Shown: positions 9,164 to 18,400 of the stretch, piece after piece
How the letters are laid out: every line of letters begins with the position of its first letter
Numbering within the stretch: the stretch's first letter is position 1
Assembly: GCA_016839765.1 (NCBI GenBank)
Contig: JAEOTP010000016.1
Span: 4,027-68,026 of the forward strand
Direction: 5' to 3'
Length of the DNA: 64,000 bases
Source: Promethearchaeota archaeon
Lineage (GTDB): Archaea > Asgardarchaeota > Lokiarchaeia > Sigyniarchaeales > SOKP01
Program-made: the position numbers and the translations under genes
The notes under the pieces: generated by a model
The model's database searches: none
What the model saw: the letters and a program-made list of their open reading frames with translations, nothing else
What the model was told of the DNA's origin: nothing

Positions 9164-10477
9164 TCACATGTAATATAGTTTCATTAAATCATCTATTTTA
9201 TTTTCATATACGATTTCAAAAATTTTATTAATCTGAGGCTTATCTAAATATCGTGAAGAAAAGAGAGTGTCCACATCGCTAAAAGCATTATTAATCAACT
9301 GATTCATTTTATTCATATATTCTTCCCGAGAAATCTTTGGTTTCTCAAGATGATTGATAGAAAGTGGACATTGAACTTTTTTCAGAAAGTCCTGCATTTT
9401 TCCCAATAATTCCTTTAAAATTTGATCATTTGCTTTTTTATTCACTTCAACTCCAAAAATTTTTGCTATATCTAGAAATCTATCTGTTACTTTTGCTTGG
9501 TATGCAACAGAAGCGCATAAAAATAATCCTACTGCTACACCATGATGGACATGGAAAATACCTCCAAAGGAATGACCTAAACTATGTTCTAAACCTGCAG
9601 AACCTGTATTTATAAACCCCAATCCTGCAATATAAGCAGCCATTTGCATTTTTTCACGGGCTTCAATATCATTTCTCCTTTTTACTGCCCGAGGTAGAAA
9701 TTCTAAGATCATTTCTATAGCTTTAATGTTATGCATATCCGTATAAGGAGTACTTCCATATAATACATACGATCCTATTGAATGCGCCAAAGCATCTATC
9801 CCAGTACCCATTGTTAAATAAGTCGGCATGGTTTTAGTGAATTCAGGGTTTAAAACTACGATATCAGGACAGAATTCATATAGAGGAACAGCTATTTTTT
9901 TGGGAGGATCTCTTCTTGTATCTGTGACCATCGCATTAAAAGAAGCCTCTGCTCCTGTTCCACTAGTTGTCGGTATAGCCGCTAAAAAATGAACTTTTTT
10001 GCGTAAACCCAAATATGAAGGCATCATCATAGTGTTAACATTCACTAACGGCTGTTCATAGTAAAGTAGAATTATTTTTGCCATATCTATAGCAGAACCA
10101 CCTCCTATAGCTATCATTATCTTTGGGTCATATTCTTTGCATATCTCAACAGCTTGCATTACTGATTTTAAAGGCACTTCAGGAATTACATTATCAAAAA
10201 TACAACTATCAATAGCTCTAAGCTTTTTTAATTGATTAGCAACTTTTTCACCGAATTTCCTTAGTTCTGGATCTACAATAATTAAAGTACGCTTTTCATC
10301 AGGATTTAAACACGCACCCAATAAAATTATGAAATCATTTAGACTGTTCGTTCCAGTAAATGTATACTTGGGCGACACAATAGCACAGTGATATCCGCGC
10401 ATTGCATTACTAGCTGCTTTTAAATATAAATTCCTTAAATTCGGATCTTCATACCAACTAATATCTCTTTTTGACAT
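9164..10477 (-). CDS. Iron-containing alcohol dehydrogenase
   Basis: IGGGSAID, IPTTSGTGAE, DALAH, GLEHSLGH and HVHHG metal ligands. Confidence 0.92.
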   Translation of the reverse strand: MSKRDISWYEDPNLRNLYLKAASNAMRGYHCAIVSPKYTFTGTNSLNDFIILLGACLNPDEKRTLIIVDPELRKFGEKVANQLKKLRAIDSCIFDNVIPEVPLKSVMQAVEICKEYDPKIMIAIGGGSAIDMAKIILLYYEQPLVNVNTMMMPSYLGLRKKVHFLAAIPTTSGTGAEASFNAMVTDTRRDPPKKIAVPLYEFCPDIVVLNPEFTKTMPTYLTMGTGIDALAHSIGSYVLYGSTPYTDMHNIKAIEMILEFLPRAVKRRNDIEAREKMQMAAYIAGLGFINTGSAGLEHSLGHSFGGIFHVHHGVAVGLFLCASVAYQAKVTDRFLDIAKIFGVEVNKKANDQILKELLGKMQDFLKKVQCPLSINHLEKPKISREEYMNKMNQLINNAFSDVDTLFSSRYLDKPQINKIFEIVYENKIDDLMKLYYM

Positions 10478-10611
10478 CTAATAACCTCAAAACTAACGAT
10501 TTTCTCATGTGGGATAAATTTTTTGTAATTTATAATTGTATCCAGAATGTAAATAGAAAATTAGACAAAAAAAGAAAATTTATTTAATAGATTTAAATAA
10601 AAAGAAAAAAA

Positions 10612-12030
10612 TTAAAGAGATTTAATTGCTTCCTTTACTGATTTTTCAAAAAGTATGCAAATCATATCTGCATCTTCATCATTAATAATAAGGGGAGGCT
10701 TAACTTTTAAAGTATTTTGAATGTAATAACCTGCTGTAGACATGATCTGCATTTGTTCACCAAAAAAGATTCCATTTTTCCATCCAATATGGATCAATTT
10801 GTTTAATAGCTCATTATGAGGTTCACGGGATTCACCATCTTTTATAAACTCCACACCAATAAATAAACCAGGCCCCCTAACATCACCTATCTGTGGAATA
10901 TCTTCTGAGAGATCTTTGATAAATGAGGATATTATCTTTCCTAATTTTGCTGCACTTTCCGGTATCTTATGTTTTTGTAAAATCTCAATATTAACTAAAC
11001 ATGCCGCCATTGCTAATGATGGTGAAGAAAACGTGGAATGTTCCTCAAATTCCGTTAACATCCGTAATTTAGGTTTTGCTACTGTAATTCCAATGGGAAC
11101 CCCCGCTGCGGCTGCTTTAGTTAAAGTCATAATATCGGGAGAGACATCTTTACCGTAAGTGGCTTCATACCATTCAGTTGCAAACATTTTTCCAGTACGC
11201 CCAAAACCTGTTTGAGCCTCATCATAAATTAACAAAATATTATTATTTCGACATATTTCCTTTAAACCCATTAAAAAGTCAACTGGAGCAGGAATTTGAC
11301 CTCCAGGACCTTGCATAGGTTCAATAATACAACCAATTGGGTTACCAGTAGCATACATTTCTATTTGTTGGCGAACCATTTCTAAACATTCTAAATTACA
11401 AGATTTATCTCTTATTCCCCCAAGACCTTCCTTATAATTCCATGGACATCGATAACAGTAAGGATAAAAAGTTCTGAGCCAATGCTCTGTTCCAAAACCA
11501 GAAAATCTCATGGGTAGCCGTTGAGAAGCTCCCATCATAACTAAACTTGAACCATGATAACCCCTTCGGAAAACAATAAATTGATCTCCCTTCTTATTAT
11601 TTATCATTGCCAATCTTATGGCGCATTCAAGAGCCCATCCTCCTCCAGAATTATTTACACTTACTCTTCCACCTTTCAATTGGCCTGGTACAATTTCCGC
11701 AATTTTATTAGCAAATCTAATCCTAATAGGCGTTAGAAAATATGACCATGCATGAGTGGTTATCTGAGATTGAAGACCTAATGTATAAGTTATATCCGGA
11801 TTATTATGCCCTAAATTATAAACCCATGCTTGAGATGTACAATCTAAAATCTCCCTTCCATCATGAGTTTTAAAATATATTGATCCTGGAGCTATAGCTC
11901 CCATATAAACAATATCTCGATCTTTAACTAAAAGATGATCTTTTTTACATCGTTCAATTTCATCTTGAGATAAGGGACTAAGTAAAATTTTATCGATCTC
12001 TTCTTTTGACAAATATCTTGGTTCTTGCAT
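10612..12030 (-). CDS. Class III PLP-dependent aminotransferase
   Basis: LDCTSQ..V.NLGH, F..GYHG, EPMQGPGG, DEAQTGFGRTG and the PLP lysine in PDIMTLTK. Confidence 0.93.
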   Translation of the reverse strand: MQEPRYLSKEEIDKILLSPLSQDEIERCKKDHLLVKDRDIVYMGAIAPGSIYFKTHDGREILDCTSQAWVYNLGHNNPDITYTLGLQSQITTHAWSYFLTPIRIRFANKIAEIVPGQLKGGRVSVNNSGGGWALECAIRLAMINNKKGDQFIVFRRGYHGSSLVMMGASQRLPMRFSGFGTEHWLRTFYPYCYRCPWNYKEGLGGIRDKSCNLECLEMVRQQIEMYATGNPIGCIIEPMQGPGGQIPAPVDFLMGLKEICRNNNILLIYDEAQTGFGRTGKMFATEWYEATYGKDVSPDIMTLTKAAAAGVPIGITVAKPKLRMLTEFEEHSTFSSPSLAMAACLVNIEILQKHKIPESAAKLGKIISSFIKDLSEDIPQIGDVRGPGLFIGVEFIKDGESREPHNELLNKLIHIGWKNGIFFGEQMQIMSTAGYYIQNTLKVKPPLIINDEDADMICILFEKSVKEAIKSL

Positions 12031-12117
12031 ACTATATCAAATAGATTTTTAATTATTATTAAAACTAATATGAACTAATATGAATGAACATTATATAAAA
12101 GTATTTTCCAACTAAAT

Positions 12118-13414
12118 TTAAATCTTCGAGGCGATAAAATCTATGATATCAACAACTTTAATTTTTTCTTTAACCATAGTATCCATTTCTTCATAAGCGT
12201 TGTTTAAGTTATTTATGCAAAATGGACAGCTAGTTGTTAAAATTTGAGCACTACTGTCAACTGCTTCTCTAATACGTTCTTTAGAGATTTTAACCGCTAA
12301 CTCTGGAAATTGGCTTTTTACCCCACCACCCGCGCCACAACACCAAGCATTATTTCTATTTCTCTTCATTTCTATTAATTCAATTCCTGGAATATTAGTA
12401 ATGACTTCACGAGGTATATCATAAAGATTCATGTGGCGACCTAAATGGCAAGGGTCGTGGTAAGTTACCTTTACTTTTTCTCCTTCTTCCTTTTTAAAAG
12501 GAATTTGATTATTATTAAGCAATTCAATTATTATTTCTGTTATATGCTTTACTTCAAATGGTAATTTTTCACCTAATAATTCAGGATAATCTTTTTTCCA
12601 CGTTCGATAACATCCTGCACAAGCGGTAAAGAGAGTCTTAGCACCCCTTTCCTTGAATTCTTCAATATTATGTTTAATCGTTTCAGTTAATGATTTTTCA
12701 TCACCAATACGTATGGCAATTGAGCCACAACACCATTCATCTTTGGTCATTGCTATTTCTTTTCCTGCCGCTTTTAAAATTTTCATCATATTTTTTAATG
12801 TTTCTACCTGTCTTAAAGGTATACTACATCCCCCAAAAAACATTAGTTCTCCCTTTTCCTTAATTTCGGGAAATTCTTTTATCCAATCGAATTTTTCATC
12901 TATATCCTCCCCATATGGATTTCTCATCTTATCATCGTTCATATATTCGACTAAATCACTATGTCTTTCAAGAGGAGCAAAACCAGCTTCAACCAAATCT
13001 TTTCTTAATGCATCCCAAACTTTAACATGATCAATCCAATTACACGTAGGGAGGGTAATATATTCATTTTGAGACATATGACATACTTCAGTACAATTTC
13101 CACATACCGAGCATTGATATACCCATTCTGCAAGCTCTCTACTCAATGGGATTTGTCCTTCTAATATACTCTTGAGGACATTCATCCTCCCTCTTGAAAA
13201 ATATAATTCAAATCCCTCATCTTCCATTGCCTCTTTAACGGGACATGTCAGATATCTCCCAACAACAGGTCGAATGGCGTAACCACAATCTCCACAACCC
13301 AGGCAGGGTTTACGATCGATATCATAAACCTTTCTGCGATCATGGATAATTTCCAAAACCTATACAAGAGAATATGGCTTTCCATTCCTTTTTTAGATGT
13401 TTTAATTCACTCAT
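12118..13414 (-). CDS. HdrD/GlcF-like Fe-S oxidoreductase subunit (2x ferredoxin motif + 2x CCG domain), intron-containing: join(13414..13362,13300..12118), 411 aa
   Basis: ATG at 13414, 10 nt after the SDR stop. The spliced N-terminus is MSELKHLKKEWKAIFSCMGCGDCGYAIRPVVGRYLTCPV. Downstream motifs are CSVCGNCTEVC, WCCGS, CAGC, YHDPCHLGR, CCGAGGG and SCPFC. The ORF track starts this gene at TTG 13356, inside intron A. Confidence 0.85.
13301..13331 (-). other. mRNA BHB intron B, 31 nt (AGGTTTATGATATCGATCGTAAACCCTGCCT)
   Basis: 10-bp stem GGTTTATGAT/ATCGTAAACC, 4-bp central helix GCAG/CTGC, 3-nt bulges AA^A and CT^G, and a 9-bp outer helix TCCATGATC/GGTTGTGGA (with G-U pairs). Confidence 0.85.
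13332..13361 (-). other. mRNA BHB intron A, 30 nt (AGGTTTTGGAAATTATCCATGATCGCAGAA)
   Basis: Stem GGTTTTGGA/TCCATGATC (8 of 9 pairs), central helix TTGT/GCAG, bulges AT^A and AA^G (after B is removed). It contains an in-frame TGA at 13342-13340. Confidence 0.8.
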
Positions 13415-13424
13415 ATTTTTCACA

Positions 13425-14288
13425 TTAAAATATATAAACTAGTTTTTCACTAATTTTCCATAATTTCGTTTGTAGAGATTCATCATAAGTCAATTTGTGT
13501 GATTTTACAGGTTTACAGTTCTTAAAATATTTTCCCGTAATTCCTTCCACTTCGGGCGATGATGCGAGATATACGGAAGTTCTTGCCGCTTCTTCTGGGC
13601 TTTTTGTCAATGGTGATATTAAAGAGAGAAAAATTTTGGAACGTTTTTTAGTTGGAGCTGTCATTTTTGTTCTTGCATGACCTGGATGAAGTGCATTTAC
13701 AGTTACACCAGTTCCATTTAATCTACGTGCCAATTCATATGTGAATAGTACTAACGCAAATTTAGCATTTGCATATGCTTTTTGAGAAGAATATTTTTCC
13801 TCAGACATTAAATCATCAAAATTTATTTTAAAATAGAGATGAATATTTGATGAAACATTTATAATTCGGGAAGGAGCGCTGTTTTTAATGACATCAAGTA
13901 AAGAATTTGTTAATAAGAAATGTGCCAAATAATCGACTGCAAATGTGCTCTCATATCCATTTTCAGTTTCTATTCTTTTTCTATTAAAGATACCGGCATT
14001 ATTTATTAAAACATGTAAATATTTGTAATTCTGTTTGAATTCTTTAGCCACATTTTCAACTGATTTTAAAGAAGCTAGATCTGCGATTAAAAGATCGATT
14101 TTTTCATTACCTGATTTATCTTTGATCTCATTTTGTGCTCTTTCTGCTTTTTCTCTATTTCGACATATCATTATGATATGATATCCCTTTATTGCTAGTT
14201 GCATGGCGGTTTCTATCCCAATACCAGCATTGGCTCCCGTAATCACACAAAATCTTTTGTTAGACTTATAATTTTTGTTAATCATCAT
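13425..14288 (-). CDS. Short-chain dehydrogenase/reductase (retinol dehydrogenase-like subfamily)
   Basis: TGANAGIG, LINNAG, SRIINVSS, YANAK and NALHPG motifs. Confidence 0.93.
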   Translation of the reverse strand: MMINKNYKSNKRFCVITGANAGIGIETAMQLAIKGYHIIMICRNREKAERAQNEIKDKSGNEKIDLLIADLASLKSVENVAKEFKQNYKYLHVLINNAGIFNRKRIETENGYESTFAVDYLAHFLLTNSLLDVIKNSAPSRIINVSSNIHLYFKINFDDLMSEEKYSSQKAYANAKFALVLFTYELARRLNGTGVTVNALHPGHARTKMTAPTKKRSKIFLSLISPLTKSPEEAARTSVYLASSPEVEGITGKYFKNCKPVKSHKLTYDESLQTKLWKISEKLVYIF

Positions 14289-14306
14289 TTCTAAAAATTA
14301 TTATTT

Positions 14307-15818
14307 TTACTCCCAAAAATTAAATTTACCTCTACTCAATATCATATTTGGGTCTAAATTTTTTTTAATAGATGTCATTAAGTTATAAAATTCTTCTGAA
14401 TAAGCTCCAATATCTACCATAAAACGAGATACATAATCACCCATCATATACCATTGCACTCCATGTCTAATTACTCTTTCTAAGAGAGATTTCCATAGCT
14501 TTATGTTAGTTTCTTTGATTAAATCATGGATTTCACCATCATAATACCTCCAAAAGCTTACAAAACCAGCTGTTATCTCAACATTATTACCATCTACTAA
14601 TGGTACAGGTCCACTACCTGAAATCGGCCGAACATTGGTAATATCGAAAATTTTTCGCATATCTGATTCGTGCTCAATATCCCATTGATCAATGTCTTGT
14701 AAAATTTTAGGAAATGCAGAAATTGGACAAAAACACTCTGCTGATAATGGTTGCATTGATGGGTACATCCCCCATAAATTATGATAAAATTGCCAATGCC
14801 CTTGTTCTGCATAATGCCATTTAGCAATATTACCGTCCTTAATCTCAGGGCCTAAAAATTCAGATTTCTTGCCTAATATTATCTCATCCAAATTTTTAAC
14901 TCGTTCTTCTAATTCTATCTTACTATTTGCTTCAATAGTATAAAAGAACATACCAAGTTTACGTTTTATACCTTCCCATAATGGAAACATACCTCGTTCG
15001 GATCCAATAGCAACAACTACATCCGGAATAAACATAGCATCATAAACATCTATGCCTTTTTGCCTAATTTCGGTCATGATTTGAGCTGCTGTCTCAGCAG
15101 ATTTTCGGGGCATCAAAAATGTTTTATAGTCTGCAAACTTTGGTTTAGGAAATATTTGTAGAGATACTTTTGTTTTAACCCCAAATATTCCATTGTCGCC
15201 ACAAAATAATCCAGCTAAGTCAGGTCCATTTCCAAATCTATTAAACGGATATTTCGAAAATTTATTTGCTTGAGAACCAGTCTCTATAATTTCACCAGTA
15301 GGTAAGACTACTTCTAACGAAACTAATTGATTTGTACAAGCTCCATATTTTGCACAACCACCACCTCCCACAGAATGATGGGAAATTCCTCCTCCAACAG
15401 AAGCAGACATTCCTGAACCAGGCCCCATACATCCTGTATAAAGCCCATAATGACAAAGATATTCATTTAATTTACCCCATGAGATTCCGGCTTCTATTGT
15501 AACGATTAGATTATCCTCATCCAAATTAATAATATTATTCATTCTTTTCATGTCTAGAACAATACCACCATCTCCAATGGGTTTACTGCCGCCAAACTCA
15601 CAGATTCCCCCACCGCGAGGTATGACCGGCATATTATTTTCATTCGCAACTTTAAGAATTTCTGAAATTTCTTTAGCATCTTTAGGTCTAATTACTATAT
15701 CAGGCACACCTTGTAATACAAGATCTACATTTCTAGAGTAAGCGTGTCGTACATAAATGCTGTTAGAGAGAAATTTTTTGGATACAATTTTTTCTAATTT
15801 TTGGTAAATTTCAGTCAT
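14307..15818 (-). CDS. FAD-binding oxidoreductase (GlcD/D-lactate dehydrogenase/VAO superfamily)
   Basis: PDIVIRP, PRGGG, VLDMKRMN.I, EAG, SVGG, LEVVLPTGE, GPDL.GLF.G..G.FGV.T and LDPNMILSRG motifs. Confidence 0.9.
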   Translation of the reverse strand: MTEIYQKLEKIVSKKFLSNSIYVRHAYSRNVDLVLQGVPDIVIRPKDAKEISEILKVANENNMPVIPRGGGICEFGGSKPIGDGGIVLDMKRMNNIINLDEDNLIVTIEAGISWGKLNEYLCHYGLYTGCMGPGSGMSASVGGGISHHSVGGGGCAKYGACTNQLVSLEVVLPTGEIIETGSQANKFSKYPFNRFGNGPDLAGLFCGDNGIFGVKTKVSLQIFPKPKFADYKTFLMPRKSAETAAQIMTEIRQKGIDVYDAMFIPDVVVAIGSERGMFPLWEGIKRKLGMFFYTIEANSKIELEERVKNLDEIILGKKSEFLGPEIKDGNIAKWHYAEQGHWQFYHNLWGMYPSMQPLSAECFCPISAFPKILQDIDQWDIEHESDMRKIFDITNVRPISGSGPVPLVDGNNVEITAGFVSFWRYYDGEIHDLIKETNIKLWKSLLERVIRHGVQWYMMGDYVSRFMVDIGAYSEEFYNLMTSIKKNLDPNMILSRGKFNFWE

Positions 15819-15951
15819 AATTTTAACTTAAATGGCTAAATTAGTTATCTTGTTAATTTTATTTAATAAAAATTAATTCTTTTTATATTTATAACTTAAC
15901 GAGTAGAAATTTTCATTTTTTAATATTTTACTATAAAAGGTTTTATAGAAG

Positions 15952-16545
15952 TTGAAAAAGAGAATAAAGTATACAATCATCTTAATAATTTTTTTGCTTC
16001 TAACAATTCCTATTTATTTTAATGTGTTTACAGATTTTTTTTTTATTAACGAATTTAATATAATTATATCTGTAATTCTTGTAATAGGTTTTTTGACACT
16101 CTTTTTAATCGGAAAAGTCATTGAAGTTTATGGTTATAATGCAGAAATTATTAAAGTAATGGAAAAGCATGATATCATAAATTCATTTGTTGAAGGTAAT
16201 AATAAAATTATCAGATGGTTAGGATTTCTTGTAATTATAATAATTGAAGAATTAGTTTTTAGATATTATTTAGTTGGACTATTAAACATTCAATCATATT
16301 TAGGAGAAATGCTAATAATCCTAATCTCAAGTATAATCTTTTCAATCTTTCATATCCATACTTGGTTTTCTTATAAAAATGTAAGAATTTTGACTATCTT
16401 TCTTATCTATTCATTTTTCTTAGGATTATTTAATGGATATCTTCTTCTAACTTTAGGAATAATCCCTTGTATTCTAGTTCATTATAGTCTAGCTTCTATT
16501 CTATATTATGGTATTTATAAACGTTATTTTAAAGTTAAAACATAA
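15952..16545 (+). CDS. CPBP (CAAX protease/Abi) intramembrane glutamic endopeptidase
   Basis: Multiple TM segments; EELVFR, FSIFH and ILVH motifs. Confidence 0.85.
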   Translation: MKKRIKYTIILIIFLLLTIPIYFNVFTDFFFINEFNIIISVILVIGFLTLFLIGKVIEVYGYNAEIIKVMEKHDIINSFVEGNNKIIRWLGFLVIIIIEELVFRYYLVGLLNIQSYLGEMLIILISSIIFSIFHIHTWFSYKNVRILTIFLIYSFFLGLFNGYLLLTLGIIPCILVHYSLASILYYGIYKRYFKVKT

Positions 16546-16572
16546 AAAAAAATAATAAAAATATATTATAAA

Positions 16573-18303
16573 TTATTTATTCCTTAAGGCTTTCTTGTCT
16601 ACTTTACCAACAGTAGTCAATGGCATTTCTTTTATAATTTCGATAAATCTAGGAACCTTATATTTAGCTAAATTTTCTTGAGCGAATTTCATTATATCTG
16701 CCTTAGTTTCTTGTGAAGCTTCATATCCTTCCTTTAATAAAACATATAATTTTACTAACTCTGAACCCGGACGATCTGGATCTGGAATGCCCACACTAGA
16801 ACAAAGCTCAATTGCAGGATGTTTATTCATCTTATCGTCAACCTCTACGCTAAAGACTTTATAACCACTAACAATTATCATATCTTTTGTACGATCGACA
16901 ATTGTAATATATCCATCCTCATCCATAACTCCAACATCACCGGAATAAAACCAACCATCTTTAAGAGCATTTTCTGTTTCTTTTGGTTTATTCCAATAGC
17001 CACTAAATATTTGAGGACCTCGTATAGCAATCTCTCCTGGAGTACCTAAGGGAACTTCTTTACTCCTGTCCGTTACATCTACTAATTTCACTTCTGTATT
17101 AGGAAATGGAACTCCTACAGTCCCAATTTTCTTTTTACCAAGGTAAGGATTCATTGTAACTCCAGGAGATGCTTCAGTCATCCCATAAGCTTCCACTACT
17201 TTACCTTTACCTGCGACTTCCTCAAATTCATTTATACTCTTTGTTGGGAATGGAGCTGCACCTGAGATATAACCTTGAACCGAACTCAGATCTATTTTTT
17301 TAAATTTCCGATTTTTTAAAAGCATCATATAGAGAGTTGGAACATTATACATTAGTAATATTCTACCTTCATACTCTTTTATTTTACTTGTCATATAATT
17401 TGTATCACGAGGATCTGGTACTAAAATTTGAGCCCAAGCCATATAAACTGTTTGTATGCAAAATTGTAAACCTGCTAAATGAAAGAATGGAAATCCAGAA
17501 ATATTTATAGCGCTACCTGGATCTGCTGAAGGTTCAAACCAATGTTCTACGATTTGTAACATTGATATTAGGTTTCTATGTGTTAATATTGCTCCTTTTG
17601 GAGGACCTGTAGTTCCACCTGTATATTGGAGAAGTAGCGTAGTATCAGGTTCAATTATTACATCAGGTCCTTCATCACCTGAATATTTTTCCATTATTTC
17701 ATTATAAGTAAAATATTTCAAACCCTCTATAGGTAAAACTTTCCCGAAAGGAACTTTTCCAATTTTTATTAATTGCTCTTTCATTGATGGTTCTAAATCC
17801 AAAATATCGGCTACATTTGTTGTTATTACAATCTTAACTTCTATACCTCCCATTAGAAGCGCTTCCCTAACTTTTTCCTCATAAAAAGAATCGAGTGTTA
17901 TAATCGCAGCAGCTCCACAATCTTTTAATTGATAGTTGATCTCATTTGGAGATAAGAGGAAATTCATCCCTGATGCAGCACAACTTGCACAGAAAGTACC
18001 AAATAATGCTACAATGAATTGAGGAATATTTGGCAGATTGATAACTACTCTATCCCCCTTTTTTATTCCATTTTGAGCAAGAAAGTTCGCAAAACTATTA
18101 ATAAACCTTCCAGCTTCTCTAAAAGAAGCGCATGCACCTTGAAAATCATAACAAAGACTATCTGGATATTTATCAACTGTCCTTCTAAGCATTTCTGCTA
18201 ATGAATAGATTTCTAAATCTAATATAGGTTTAACATGTTCATCATAAGATTTTAACCATATTTTATTGGAATATGGACTGCCTTCCATCATTTTCTCAGC
18301 CAT
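16573..18303 (-). CDS. Long-chain fatty-acid--CoA ligase (AMP-binding)
   Basis: YTGGTTGPPKG, YGMTE, GWFYSGD, DRTKDMI.VSG.KV and GKVDK motifs. Confidence 0.93.
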   Translation of the reverse strand: MAEKMMEGSPYSNKIWLKSYDEHVKPILDLEIYSLAEMLRRTVDKYPDSLCYDFQGACASFREAGRFINSFANFLAQNGIKKGDRVVINLPNIPQFIVALFGTFCASCAASGMNFLLSPNEINYQLKDCGAAAIITLDSFYEEKVREALLMGGIEVKIVITTNVADILDLEPSMKEQLIKIGKVPFGKVLPIEGLKYFTYNEIMEKYSGDEGPDVIIEPDTTLLLQYTGGTTGPPKGAILTHRNLISMLQIVEHWFEPSADPGSAINISGFPFFHLAGLQFCIQTVYMAWAQILVPDPRDTNYMTSKIKEYEGRILLMYNVPTLYMMLLKNRKFKKIDLSSVQGYISGAAPFPTKSINEFEEVAGKGKVVEAYGMTEASPGVTMNPYLGKKKIGTVGVPFPNTEVKLVDVTDRSKEVPLGTPGEIAIRGPQIFSGYWNKPKETENALKDGWFYSGDVGVMDEDGYITIVDRTKDMIIVSGYKVFSVEVDDKMNKHPAIELCSSVGIPDPDRPGSELVKLYVLLKEGYEASQETKADIMKFAQENLAKYKVPRFIEIIKEMPLTTVGKVDKKALRNK

Positions 18304-18400
18304 TATTGATCATTTAAAAAATTTTTTAAGCAAATTTAACTACTTTTAATAGTATTTCTATTGTCGGATTTATATTTAAAATTAATTATATGTTTTCTCG

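Noticed and set aside
13340-13342. TGA as selenocysteine in the Fe-S gene
   Set aside because: Read-through alone does not fix the +1 frameshift and would break the CxxCxxC spacing; I saw no SECIS-like element.
13301-13356. ORF-track start at TTG 13356 giving MEIIHDRRKVYDIDRKPCLGCGDC
   Set aside because: It lies inside the BHB-structured insert and leaves an upstream ATG exon that matches the paralogue N-terminus unexplained. It does supply a Cys in the right place, so leaky use from unspliced RNA cannot be excluded.
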